Shown piece by piece: positions 9,986 through 18,355 of a DNA stretch of 64,000 nucleotides. A program made the translations under genes and the position numbers. Each line of letters starts with the position of its first letter. Within the stretch, counting starts at the first letter, position 1. Source of the stretch: Phycisphaerae bacterium. GTDB lineage: Bacteria; Planctomycetota; Phycisphaerae; UBA1845; UTPLA1. Below the pieces are notes generated by a model. It made no database searches and was not told the DNA's origin. It saw only the letters and a program-made list of their open reading frames with translations. Where the stretch lies: positions 737,768-801,767 of the forward strand of contig DATEMU010000015.1 of the NCBI GenBank assembly GCA_035275405.1, in the 5' to 3' direction.

Positions 9986-11479
9986 ATGAACGCTCAAAGG
10001 TCCCTGATTCCCACGCGAGTCGTGGCCGCGGTCGCGTGTGTTCTTGCGTACGTCCAAATCCGGCCGGCCCAGGGCCAGTTCGTGGAACCCGGCACCGTCG
10101 TGATCCACACGTTCACCGGAGAGGCCCTGGGCGATCAGTTCGGCTGGGTCTCGGAAGACCTCGGCGACATTACCGGAGACGGCGTTCACGATCTGGTGAT
10201 CACCTCGCCGGGAAACGACACCGGCGGCGCCGGTCGCGGTCGGGCCTATGTTTACAACGGTGCGACGGGCGCGCTGGTGTTTCCGGCCATCACGGGTTTG
10301 GTCAATGGGGGGCGCTTGGGCGCGGCGGCGAGCGCGGCGGGGGATTTCAACGGAGACGGCGTGCGCGATGTTATCGTGGGATCACCGACTCAAACGACGT
10401 CCACCGGTCGGGCGGCGGTCCACTCGGGCGTCGATGGTAGTCTGATTATGGCATGGACGGGCGCGGCAACGGGAGACCAGTTCGGCTACGACGTGGCCAC
10501 GCTGGGAGATATTACCGGCGACGGCAGAAGCGAGGTGCTCGTCGGCGCACCGAACAACGATGCCGGGGGAACGAACGCCGGGCGAGTGTATGTTTATTCC
10601 GGTGCCGTCGGCGGCCCGCTCCTGATCGCCATCAACGGTTTGAGCGGGGCGGATCGGTTCGGCAGCGCCGTTGCCTCCGTGGGCGATATCACCGGCGACG
10701 GACTTGATGACTTCGTCATTGGGGCGGAGAGTTTCGGCGCGGGAGTCGGCTCGGGGTCCGGTCAGGCCTATGTCTATTCCGGGGCCGATTGCCTGCTACC
10801 CGCGACGCCGACGCCGGTGTGGACGCTGACACCCGGGGCTCCGGCCGCGGTGTTCGGTCAATGGTTCGCGGATGGAAATTCTGACGTGGATAACGACGGA
10901 GTCTTTGATGTGTACGTCTCCGATTACAACGCAAATCGCGCTCGGGTGTTTTCGGGGGCGACCGGCCTGGAGATTCGCACCTTCATGGGCGACGGCAACG
11001 GCGGATTTGGAATTGGTCGGATGGCGGGCGACGTGGACCAGGACGGCTGGGGCGATCTCCTGCTGGCGGCATGGATCAGCAATGCAGGGGCATCGGGGGC
11101 CGGCAAGGGATTCGTGTATTCGGGGCGGACCTCGGCGGTATTGCAGACTTACACGCACAACGTCGCCAACGCCCAGCTTGGGTTTGACGCCAACGCGATG
11201 GGCGACGTCAACGCCGACGGAATGACGGATTATCTTTTGACTGCCGCAAACGACACCAGCGCGACCGGCAAGGCCTATCTGGTCGCCGGCAATATCGTTC
11301 CGTTTTCAAAGGCGGACATCGATCTCGACGGTGATGTCGATGATCTGGATGTGGAGGAGTTCGTTGCTGTTCTGCTGGACATGCCACTCGGCCCCTTGCA
11401 CGTCATTCGCAGCGATGTGAATGCCGACGGAGAGACCGACGGGCTGGATATCGCGGAATATCTGGCGGCGGCGCTATAG
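9986..11479 (+). CDS. secreted FG-GAP repeat protein with C-terminal dockerin-like repeats
   Basis: Signal peptide MNAQRSLIPTRVVAAVACVLAYVQIRPAQG; repeated FG-GAP-like units (GDQFGxxVAxxGDITGDG); C-terminus DIDLDGDVDDLD...SDVNADGETDGLDI. Confidence 0.7.
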   Translation: MNAQRSLIPTRVVAAVACVLAYVQIRPAQGQFVEPGTVVIHTFTGEALGDQFGWVSEDLGDITGDGVHDLVITSPGNDTGGAGRGRAYVYNGATGALVFPAITGLVNGGRLGAAASAAGDFNGDGVRDVIVGSPTQTTSTGRAAVHSGVDGSLIMAWTGAATGDQFGYDVATLGDITGDGRSEVLVGAPNNDAGGTNAGRVYVYSGAVGGPLLIAINGLSGADRFGSAVASVGDITGDGLDDFVIGAESFGAGVGSGSGQAYVYSGADCLLPATPTPVWTLTPGAPAAVFGQWFADGNSDVDNDGVFDVYVSDYNANRARVFSGATGLEIRTFMGDGNGGFGIGRMAGDVDQDGWGDLLLAAWISNAGASGAGKGFVYSGRTSAVLQTYTHNVANAQLGFDANAMGDVNADGMTDYLLTAANDTSATGKAYLVAGNIVPFSKADIDLDGDVDDLDVEEFVAVLLDMPLGPLHVIRSDVNADGETDGLDIAEYLAAAL

Positions 11480-11597
11480 GCCGCGGGGGTTTGCCCATTT
11501 CGCTCTTCAGGCCGCGAATAGAAATTGGCCGTGCCGCTCATCTCTGTTTATGCTGGGCCCCTCGTTTGAGTCGGGCGTAAGCGAAACCGGGTGGTAG

Positions 11598-12092
11598 ATG
11601 TTGCGTGCCGAACCGAGCTCCGGTGGAGAACTTGTCCGGTTGCGGGATGTCATCGACGCGGACCTGCCGATTCTATACGAACATCAGTGCGACCCGATCG
11701 CCAATCTGATGGCCGCATTCCCGGCACGGGATCGGGACGCGTTTTTCGCGCACTGGGCCAAGATCCTCGTCGACCCGACGGTGACGACGAAGACGATCCT
11801 CTTTGACGGTCAGGTGGTCGGCAGGATCGGGAGCTTCGAGCACAACGGAGAACGTCTCGTTGGATATTGGATCGATCGAGGCTTTTGGGGCAATGGCATT
11901 ACGAGCAGGGCACTGGCGGAATTTCTGAAGTGCGATACAACTCGGCCGCTGCATGCCCGGGTGGCCAAGCACAACGTCGCGTCGATTCGCGTCCTCGTAA
12001 AGTGCGGCTTTTCAATCTGCGGCGAAGACAAGACCGCAGCGGAAACCGGCGGCGAAAAGGTGGAGGAGTGGATCTTGAAACTGGATGGATGA
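11598..12092 (+). CDS. GNAT family N-acetyltransferase
   Basis: GNAT motifs (GYWIDRGFWGNGITSRAL; RVAKHNVASIRVLVKCGF). Confidence 0.7.
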   Translation: MLRAEPSSGGELVRLRDVIDADLPILYEHQCDPIANLMAAFPARDRDAFFAHWAKILVDPTVTTKTILFDGQVVGRIGSFEHNGERLVGYWIDRGFWGNGITSRALAEFLKCDTTRPLHARVAKHNVASIRVLVKCGFSICGEDKTAAETGGEKVEEWILKLDG

Positions 12093-12122
12093 GCTTGTCG
12101 CGACCGCACTGCCGGTCATAGG

Positions 12123-12485
12123 ATGATCAACATGACGATTGCCCAATTCCGCCGCCTCGCGCTCTCCCTGCCTGAGGCCGAGGAACGCGCGCACATGGGC
12201 CATCCGGACTTCCGGGTAAAGGAAAAAATCTTTGCGACGCTGTTCCCGCGCGACAAAAGGACGTGGGGCGTGCTCAAGCTGAAGCCCGATCAGCAGCGCG
12301 TGCTTGTCAAAGCCCATTCGGACGTCTTCCAGCCCGTCCCCGGTGGCTGGGGCAGGCAGGGGGCCACACAAGTCCGCCTCGAGCGCGCCCGCGTACCAAT
12401 CCTGCGCGACGCGATGATCACGGCCTGGCGCAACGTCGCGCCGAAGTCGCTCGTTCAGGAACAGGGGCTATCCGACGAAGATTGA
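12123..12485 (+). CDS. MmcQ/YjbR family DNA-binding protein
   Basis: 120-aa ORF resembling the MmcQ/YjbR family (GHPDFRVKEKIFATL). Confidence 0.55.
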   Translation: MINMTIAQFRRLALSLPEAEERAHMGHPDFRVKEKIFATLFPRDKRTWGVLKLKPDQQRVLVKAHSDVFQPVPGGWGRQGATQVRLERARVPILRDAMITAWRNVAPKSLVQEQGLSDED

Positions 12486-12527
12486 GCCAATTCAACCGCG
12501 CGCCAAAGCGGATTAGAATTCGCAAAC

Positions 12528-13667
12528 ATGGCGACAGAATTCTCGCAAGTGAACATCAGACACATTCGCCGGCGGCTGCTTGCATGGTATGACCGCCACA
12601 AGCGCGATCTGCCGTGGCGCGGCACGCGCGATCCGTACGCGATCTGGCTGAGCGAGATCATGCTCCAGCAGACGCAGGTAGCGACGGCCCTGCCATATTA
12701 CGAACGGTTCCTAAAGCGATTTCCGACGGTGCGGTCGCTGGCCGCGGCAAAGCTGGACGAGGTCCTGCGCATGTGGGCGGGGCTCGGCTATTACGCGCGG
12801 GCGCGGAATATGCACCGCGCCGCGAAAAAAGTCGTCGCCGAATTCGGCGGGCGATTTCCCTCGAGCGTCGAAGAATTGCGGTCGTTGCCCGGCATCGGCC
12901 GCTACAGCGCCGCAGCCATCGCTTCCATCGCCTACGGCACGCGGTCGGCGGTCGTCGATGGAAACGTCGCTCGGGTGGTCGCACGACTGGCCGATATTCG
13001 CCACGACGTGCGCCGCGGAGCCGGCAACAAGAAGGCGTGGGACTTCGCCGAGGCCCTTATGCCGTCCAAGCGTTGCGGTGACTTCAACCAGGCAATGATG
13101 GAGTTCGGCGCCCGAGTCTGCCTGCCCAGGGGGGCGGCGCACTGCGAAGTGTGCCCGCTGCGAAGCGGCTGCAAGGCTCTCGCTGCGGGGACCGTCGCGC
13201 GGCGACCGGTAAAGGCCGCGCGGGTCGTCGTCACGAAAGAACGGCATGTCGTCGCGGCCATCGAGCGAGACGGCCGCTGGCTCGTCGTGCGGCGACCGGA
13301 CGATGGTCTATGGGGTGGCTTATGGGAATTGCCGACGGCGGTGCTGAACGGCGAAGCGCCTCCGCAGGCGGCGATGATACTGGCGACGAACATCCTCGGC
13401 GCGAGGTGTCGCGCGTCGCCGAAGGGGTTTTGCGACGTCACACGACAGTTGTCGCACCGTTCGATTCAATTCCTCGGCCATCGATGCCGGGCGACGGCGC
13501 GATCGTCGCTCCGCCGAGGGCGATCCGGAAATTCGCGTTGGTTGACAATAGCGCAGATGGCGTCGCTGCCCATGTCCCGGGCGATGCGCGACGTCGTCGA
13601 GACGCTGACGACGGCGAGGCGGCCAGCCTCCGCCGGGGCCGGTGCCTCCGCTGCTAACAGCCCCTGA
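12528..13667 (+). CDS. mutY: A/G-specific adenine DNA glycosylase
   Basis: WYDRHKRDLPWR, YAIWLSEIMLQQTQV, GLGYYARARN and FeS-cluster Cys cluster (CxxxxxxCxxCPLxxxC), with C-terminal NUDIX-like part. Confidence 0.85.
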   Translation: MATEFSQVNIRHIRRRLLAWYDRHKRDLPWRGTRDPYAIWLSEIMLQQTQVATALPYYERFLKRFPTVRSLAAAKLDEVLRMWAGLGYYARARNMHRAAKKVVAEFGGRFPSSVEELRSLPGIGRYSAAAIASIAYGTRSAVVDGNVARVVARLADIRHDVRRGAGNKKAWDFAEALMPSKRCGDFNQAMMEFGARVCLPRGAAHCEVCPLRSGCKALAAGTVARRPVKAARVVVTKERHVVAAIERDGRWLVVRRPDDGLWGGLWELPTAVLNGEAPPQAAMILATNILGARCRASPKGFCDVTRQLSHRSIQFLGHRCRATARSSLRRGRSGNSRWLTIAQMASLPMSRAMRDVVETLTTARRPASAGAGASAANSP

Positions 13668-13716
13668 CCGCTTCCTCTCGCTCCCGTATGATTCGAGTCG
13701 TGGGAGGCGCCGACGA

Positions 13717-14169
13717 ATGCGAGCCATCGTTCAACGCGTGAGTAACGCCTCGGTGGAGATAGCCGGCGAGGTCGTTGCCCGAATCGATCGCGGCCTGCTC
13801 GTCTATCTGGGTGTGGCGGCAGACGACGTCCCAAAAGATGCCGAACAGCTCGCCACGAAGATCGCTCATCTTCGCATTTTTGAGGATGACGCCAGAAAGA
13901 TGAATCGCGACGTGGCCGACGTCGGCGGCGAAATCCTCGTTGTCAGCAACTTCACCCTCCTCGCCGATACGCGGCAGGGCCGTCGCCCCTCCTTTATCGC
14001 CGCCGCCAAGCCCGACACCGCCGATCCCCTCTACCAACTGCTCTGCCAGAAACTCCGGGACTTTGGGAGGTCGGTCCAAACCGGTCGTTTTCGCGAATAC
14101 ATGGCCGTTCGCTCCACCAACGACGGCCCTATCAATATCCTTCTGGATACGCGGGAACCGGGCGCATAG
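13717..14169 (+). CDS. dtd: D-aminoacyl-tRNA deacylase
   Basis: MRAIVQRVSNASVEI...LLVYLGV..SNFTLLADT...NDGPIN, typical of Dtd. Confidence 0.85.
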   Translation: MRAIVQRVSNASVEIAGEVVARIDRGLLVYLGVAADDVPKDAEQLATKIAHLRIFEDDARKMNRDVADVGGEILVVSNFTLLADTRQGRRPSFIAAAKPDTADPLYQLLCQKLRDFGRSVQTGRFREYMAVRSTNDGPINILLDTREPGA

Positions 14170-14600
14170 CATCGTTTCTAACGTCTGAAACGCTTGGGGA
14201 TTAAAGGGGGCCGCGACGACCCACGGGAGCGAGGGTTCCGGCCCGTCGGATTTCCCAAAAAAAGCACGTGACTTTTCCGCGCGGGGCCGTTAAGATAGGA
14301 ATGTCTGAGGGATTGGGGCTCTTTTCAGTAACCTTGCAATTACGCTGAGGCCGCCTTAATCTCCCCGATGCTTCCAAAGGGACTCCTTTCATCGCTGATT
14401 TCGGCGCGGCCCGCCGGATTCGATACCAAATATGACGGCAGTCTGCAACGCCGATGATTTGAGCCCGACGACGATGGCGATGACCCGCACGGTTCACCCG
14501 GAGTGATGGAGAACCGCACACGGAGTATCAACAACCGACAACTCGATATCGTAAACCGGTCGTTGGCCTGGCCGGAGGCGTCGGTTCCGGTAAGACCACC

Positions 14601-15161
14601 GTGGCCAGGATCCTTGAGGAATTGGGCGCGGGCATCATCGACTCTGACGCGCTGAGCCATCAGGAAATCAACCATCGGGAGGTCAAGGACGTCCTCTTGA
14701 AATGGTGGGGAAACGGGATTCTCGCGGCCGACGGCGCCGTGGATCGTCAGAAGGTCGCCTCCATTGTGTTCGCCGACCCCGGGCAGCGGCATCGGCTGGA
14801 AGCGCTCTTGCACCCCCGTATCGAAGTTCGTCGCGCCGACGTGATGGCAGAGTTGGAGAAACAGCCGCGAATCAGGATGATGGTCTTGGACAGTCCCCTG
14901 CTCTACGAGGCCGATTTGGATCTGATGTGCGACGCGGTGATATTTGTAGACGCCGGAACCGACAAACGCCGGGCGAGGTCCGAAAAATCCCGGCAATGGC
15001 CCGAGGGAGAAGGAGAGCGGCGGGAAAAATTACAACAACCCCTGGACACGAAGCGTGCCAGGGCCGATTATATCTGTGACAACAACTCCACCTTGAGTGA
15101 CCTTCGAAAACAAGTAGAAACCATTTTTTCCAGAATCGTCTCGGATTACGGCGCTCCGTGA
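14601..15161 (+). CDS. coaE: dephospho-CoA kinase (start codon uncertain; P-loop lies upstream of the first in-frame start)
   Basis: CoaE-like body, but the P-loop VVGLAGGVGSGKTTV is encoded in frame at 14559-14600, upstream of the first GTG (14601); in-frame TGA at 14481. Confidence 0.75.
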   Translation: MARILEELGAGIIDSDALSHQEINHREVKDVLLKWWGNGILAADGAVDRQKVASIVFADPGQRHRLEALLHPRIEVRRADVMAELEKQPRIRMMVLDSPLLYEADLDLMCDAVIFVDAGTDKRRARSEKSRQWPEGEGERREKLQQPLDTKRARADYICDNNSTLSDLRKQVETIFSRIVSDYGAP

Positions 15162-15309
15162 GTTGTTCCTCGGTGATCGCGGGCGCAACAGGCCCCGCTC
15201 GCCGCCGCGGCCATTCTGCAGCAGCCGCTACCATTGAACGACCATAATCTTGTCCAGGAAACAAACCTACCTTTGAACACAGAATCATATCTGATTGGAG
15301 GCCGTCATC

Positions 15310-16833
15310 ATGCCTAGGCCGCAAGGACCCCGACAATTCCACAAAAAGCACAAGCGACCGCACGACGCCCATATCAAGCGTCCCGCCGTCCTGCCGTCCT
15401 CCTATGATGACGACGAAGACACGACGGCCGTCGCCGTCGCCAACGGCGATGCGCCCGACGCCGCTCCGGCGCCCGTCCCCGCCAGTGCCCCCGTGGCGCC
15501 CGAGACTCCTGAAGCCGTCGAAGCGCGCGGCACCATCGACCGCGAGACGCACGAACGCTACGAAAAGATCAAGCGCGGCGATCTGCACATCACCGAATTG
15601 CAGCGGATGAGCATCCCGGACCTGCACGAGGTCGCCAAGGCCGAGGGCGTCGTTGACTACGCCGCCCTCAAGAAACAGGATCTCATCTTCAAGATACTGA
15701 AAGAGCGAATCAACAAGAACGGCCTCATGTACGGCGAGGGCGTCCTGGAAATCCTGCCCGACGGCTTCGGTTTCTTGCGCAGCCCCGAGTACAACTACGT
15801 CCCGTGCCCGGACGACATCTACATCAGCCCCTCGCAGATCCGCCGCTTCGGACTGCGCAGCGGCCACATCATCGCCGGTCAGATCCGCCCACCCAAGGAG
15901 AGCGAGAAGTATTTCGCGCTCCTTCGCGTCGAGGCGATTTGCTTCGAGGAACCCGACAAGGTCACCGAGAAAGCCGTCTTTGAAGACCTGACGCCGCACC
16001 ACCCGACGCGCCGCCTCATCATGGAGACGACGAACGACGAAGTGAACATGCGTGTCATCGATATCGTCACGCCCATCGGCATGGGTCAGCGCATGTTGAT
16101 TGTCGCTCCGCCGCGCACCGGCAAGACGGTCCTGCTGCAGAAGATGGCCAACGCCATCACCACCAACCATCCCGACGCCTACGTGATCATCCTCCTGGTC
16201 GACGAGCGCCCCGAGGAAGTGACGGAAATGCAGCGACACACCAAGGCCGAAGTCATCTCCTCGACCTTCGACGAGCCCGCCAGCCGCCACGTACAGGTCG
16301 CCGAAATGGTCATCGAGAAGGCCAAGCGCCTGACCGAGTACGGCCGCGACGTGGTAATCCTGCTCGACTCGATTACCCGCCTGGCCCGCGCCTACAACAC
16401 CGAAGTGCCGCACTCCGGCAAGATCCTGACCGGCGGCGTGGATGCCAACGCCCTGCAAAAGCCCAAGCGCTTCTTCGGCGCCGCCCGCAACATTGAAGAG
16501 GGCGGCAGCCTGACGATTATTGGCACCGCCCTTGTCGACACCGGCTCCAAGATGGATGAAGTCATTTTTGAGGAGTTCAAGGGTACCGGTAACAGCGAGT
16601 TGCACCTCGACCGGCGTTTGGTGGACAAGCGCGTCTGGCCCGCGATTGACATCGCCGCGTCCGGCACGCGCAAGGAAGAGCTGCTGCTCGACCCTAAGGA
16701 GCTGGAGCTGGTCTACAAGCTCCGCCGCGTCCTCGTGGACATGAACCCTGTCGAGGCGATGGAACTGCTCATCACGCGCCTGAAGAAGGTCAAGTCCAAC
16801 GCCGAGTTCCTGATGACGATGAATCTGGCGTGA
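15310..16833 (+). CDS. rho: transcription termination factor Rho (with low-complexity N-terminal extension)
   Basis: Rho RNA-binding and ATPase motifs ([14 protein letters not shown]...[15 protein letters not shown]); GGAGG RBS 8 nt before the ATG at 15310. Confidence 0.95.
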   Translation: MPRPQGPRQFHKKHKRPHDAHIKRPAVLPSSYDDDEDTTAVAVANGDAPDAAPAPVPASAPVAPETPEAVEARGTIDRETHERYEKIKRGDLHITELQRMSIPDLHEVAKAEGVVDYAALKKQDLIFKILKERINKNGLMYGEGVLEILPDGFGFLRSPEYNYVPCPDDIYISPSQIRRFGLRSGHIIAGQIRPPKESEKYFALLRVEAICFEEPDKVTEKAVFEDLTPHHPTRRLIMETTNDEVNMRVIDIVTPIGMGQRMLIVAPPRTGKTVLLQKMANAITTNHPDAYVIILLVDERPEEVTEMQRHTKAEVISSTFDEPASRHVQVAEMVIEKAKRLTEYGRDVVILLDSITRLARAYNTEVPHSGKILTGGVDANALQKPKRFFGAARNIEEGGSLTIIGTALVDTGSKMDEVIFEEFKGTGNSELHLDRRLVDKRVWPAIDIAASGTRKEELLLDPKELELVYKLRRVLVDMNPVEAMELLITRLKKVKSNAEFLMTMNLA

Positions 16834-17360
16834 TCAGGAATTGCGTTTGCCTAGTGTTGGTGGGGTGCATGGCCGGTTGCGGCGCCTTCGGCCCCTCCGA
16901 TGTTCCCGACCAGTCCCAATTCGCTCCGCTCGCCGAACTCGCCGCGAACGATCGAGCTTTTGTCCGATTGTACGGTAGCGGCATCGTCCCCGTTGAGTTC
17001 ATTGCGATCCATCGAGCCTTCGTCTTCAAGACGGCTGGGACTGCTCGTCTCGAGCTGTGGGAGCTCCAGCCGTCGGAAAACGGGCCTTACGGCCACGTGC
17101 GCGTCATCGAGTCGCCCGATGTGAATCGCCCCGACTATTTCGATCGGGCCTTTGTCATCGCCGAACTCTTCGACGATCAGGCCCAGGCCGTCGCCGAGTT
17201 CATTCAGACCCAATCGCCCACGTACCCGTGCCGGTTCGCCTATGAACTCCTCGGCCCCAACAGCAGCACCTACATCGCCTGGATCCTGCGGCAGACCGGA
17301 TGGGATGTGCCGTTTTCCATACGCGCAATCGGTCAGGACTCGCCGGTCAATTGCATGTGA
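16830..17360 (+). CDS. hypothetical lipoprotein
   Basis: Signal with Cys ([10 protein letters not shown]); no recognisable motif. Confidence 0.4.
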   Translation: MIRNCVCLVLVGCMAGCGAFGPSDVPDQSQFAPLAELAANDRAFVRLYGSGIVPVEFIAIHRAFVFKTAGTARLELWELQPSENGPYGHVRVIESPDVNRPDYFDRAFVIAELFDDQAQAVAEFIQTQSPTYPCRFAYELLGPNSSTYIAWILRQTGWDVPFSIRAIGQDSPVNCM

Positions 17361-17386
17361 TGTCTTCTGTCAGCGCCCCCGACAAT

Positions 17387-18190
17387 CTACTGTGCCGATG
17401 GCTGTGCGTACTCAATCGCCGCCAGGAGCATCTTCCCATACCGGTCCCACATGGCCGCGCCATCCCAGCGCGCGACGTATTCCGGAAACTCCACGGTAAT
17501 GATGGGAATCCCCAGCGATTCACCCGCATACGATCCCAGCGAGCCCGGCCGGCCGCCGAGCTTCTTGACCGGCAGGTCGCATGCCGCCGCCATCGCCCGC
17601 GCCAGCCCTTCCCCCGGCCCGTCGTAATCGATGCACCCGTAAGGCTCGTGCAGGCTCACAATACGCGACGGCCGCGCGGACTGAAGCAAGCCGTGAAGCG
17701 CGACGCTTTCCGGCTCCGACAGCGCGCTGTCACCATGCTGACTCGAATTCTGCCAGTTCGACGCCGGAAAGTTTCGGTTCAGATCGACCCCGCGGACGTT
17801 GTGGCGCGTTCGATGCGCATAACCGTCGGGATTGGTGACCGGTACCAGCATGATCCGACGCCCGGCCATCAATTCCGGCCGATAGGAAATATGCTCGACC
17901 AGCCGCTCGAGCAGCGGCGTGCCCGCCGATTCATTGCCATGAATCGTCGCGATAACGAGAATACTGTCGGCGCCGTCGCCAAAGCTCAGACACTCGATCG
18001 GCCGGCCTTCGACGGAATTTCCGATGACGGATCGCGCCGGCGATATTTTCCCCTTCCCGCCCGCTCCGGTCCGAACCCCATCCTCCGGCGGCCGGCAGGC
18101 GACACCGGTCCCCGCGGCGAGGAACGTCACAAGGACCGAACGAAAGGCCGAAATGGACCGTCTGGCAGGTGCGGCAGGCGATAACGACAT
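17387..18190 (-). CDS. M14 family zinc carboxypeptidase-like protein
   Basis: HGNESAG ... NPDG ... DLNRNFP motifs characteristic of M14 / succinylglutamate desuccinylase-type Zn peptidases. Confidence 0.65.
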   Translation of the reverse strand: MSLSPAAPARRSISAFRSVLVTFLAAGTGVACRPPEDGVRTGAGGKGKISPARSVIGNSVEGRPIECLSFGDGADSILVIATIHGNESAGTPLLERLVEHISYRPELMAGRRIMLVPVTNPDGYAHRTRHNVRGVDLNRNFPASNWQNSSQHGDSALSEPESVALHGLLQSARPSRIVSLHEPYGCIDYDGPGEGLARAMAAACDLPVKKLGGRPGSLGSYAGESLGIPIITVEFPEYVARWDGAAMWDRYGKMLLAAIEYAQPSAQ

Positions 18191-18355
18191 CGCGGCTCAT
18201 GTTCCCCTTCCAGGCCCCTGCGTCAAGGGCCAACCCGGGCTTTTATTCGTGGCGGAGTTTCCTTATACTGGCTGGAGCGGGAAACAGATATCAATCGTGG
18301 ATCGGGGCCGTTCATTGCGATCGGCCCCTTGTCTTGTCAGGGGGGAACCCTCCGT

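Noticed and set aside
15404-15610. 68-aa ORF inside the rho N-terminal region
   Set aside because: It is an alternate frame of the rho low-complexity extension.
14872-16605. 577-aa ORF on the minus strand
   Set aside because: It lies antisense to the unambiguous rho gene. Its composition is a typical high-GC shadow frame (Gly/Arg/Val/Asp-rich) with no motifs.
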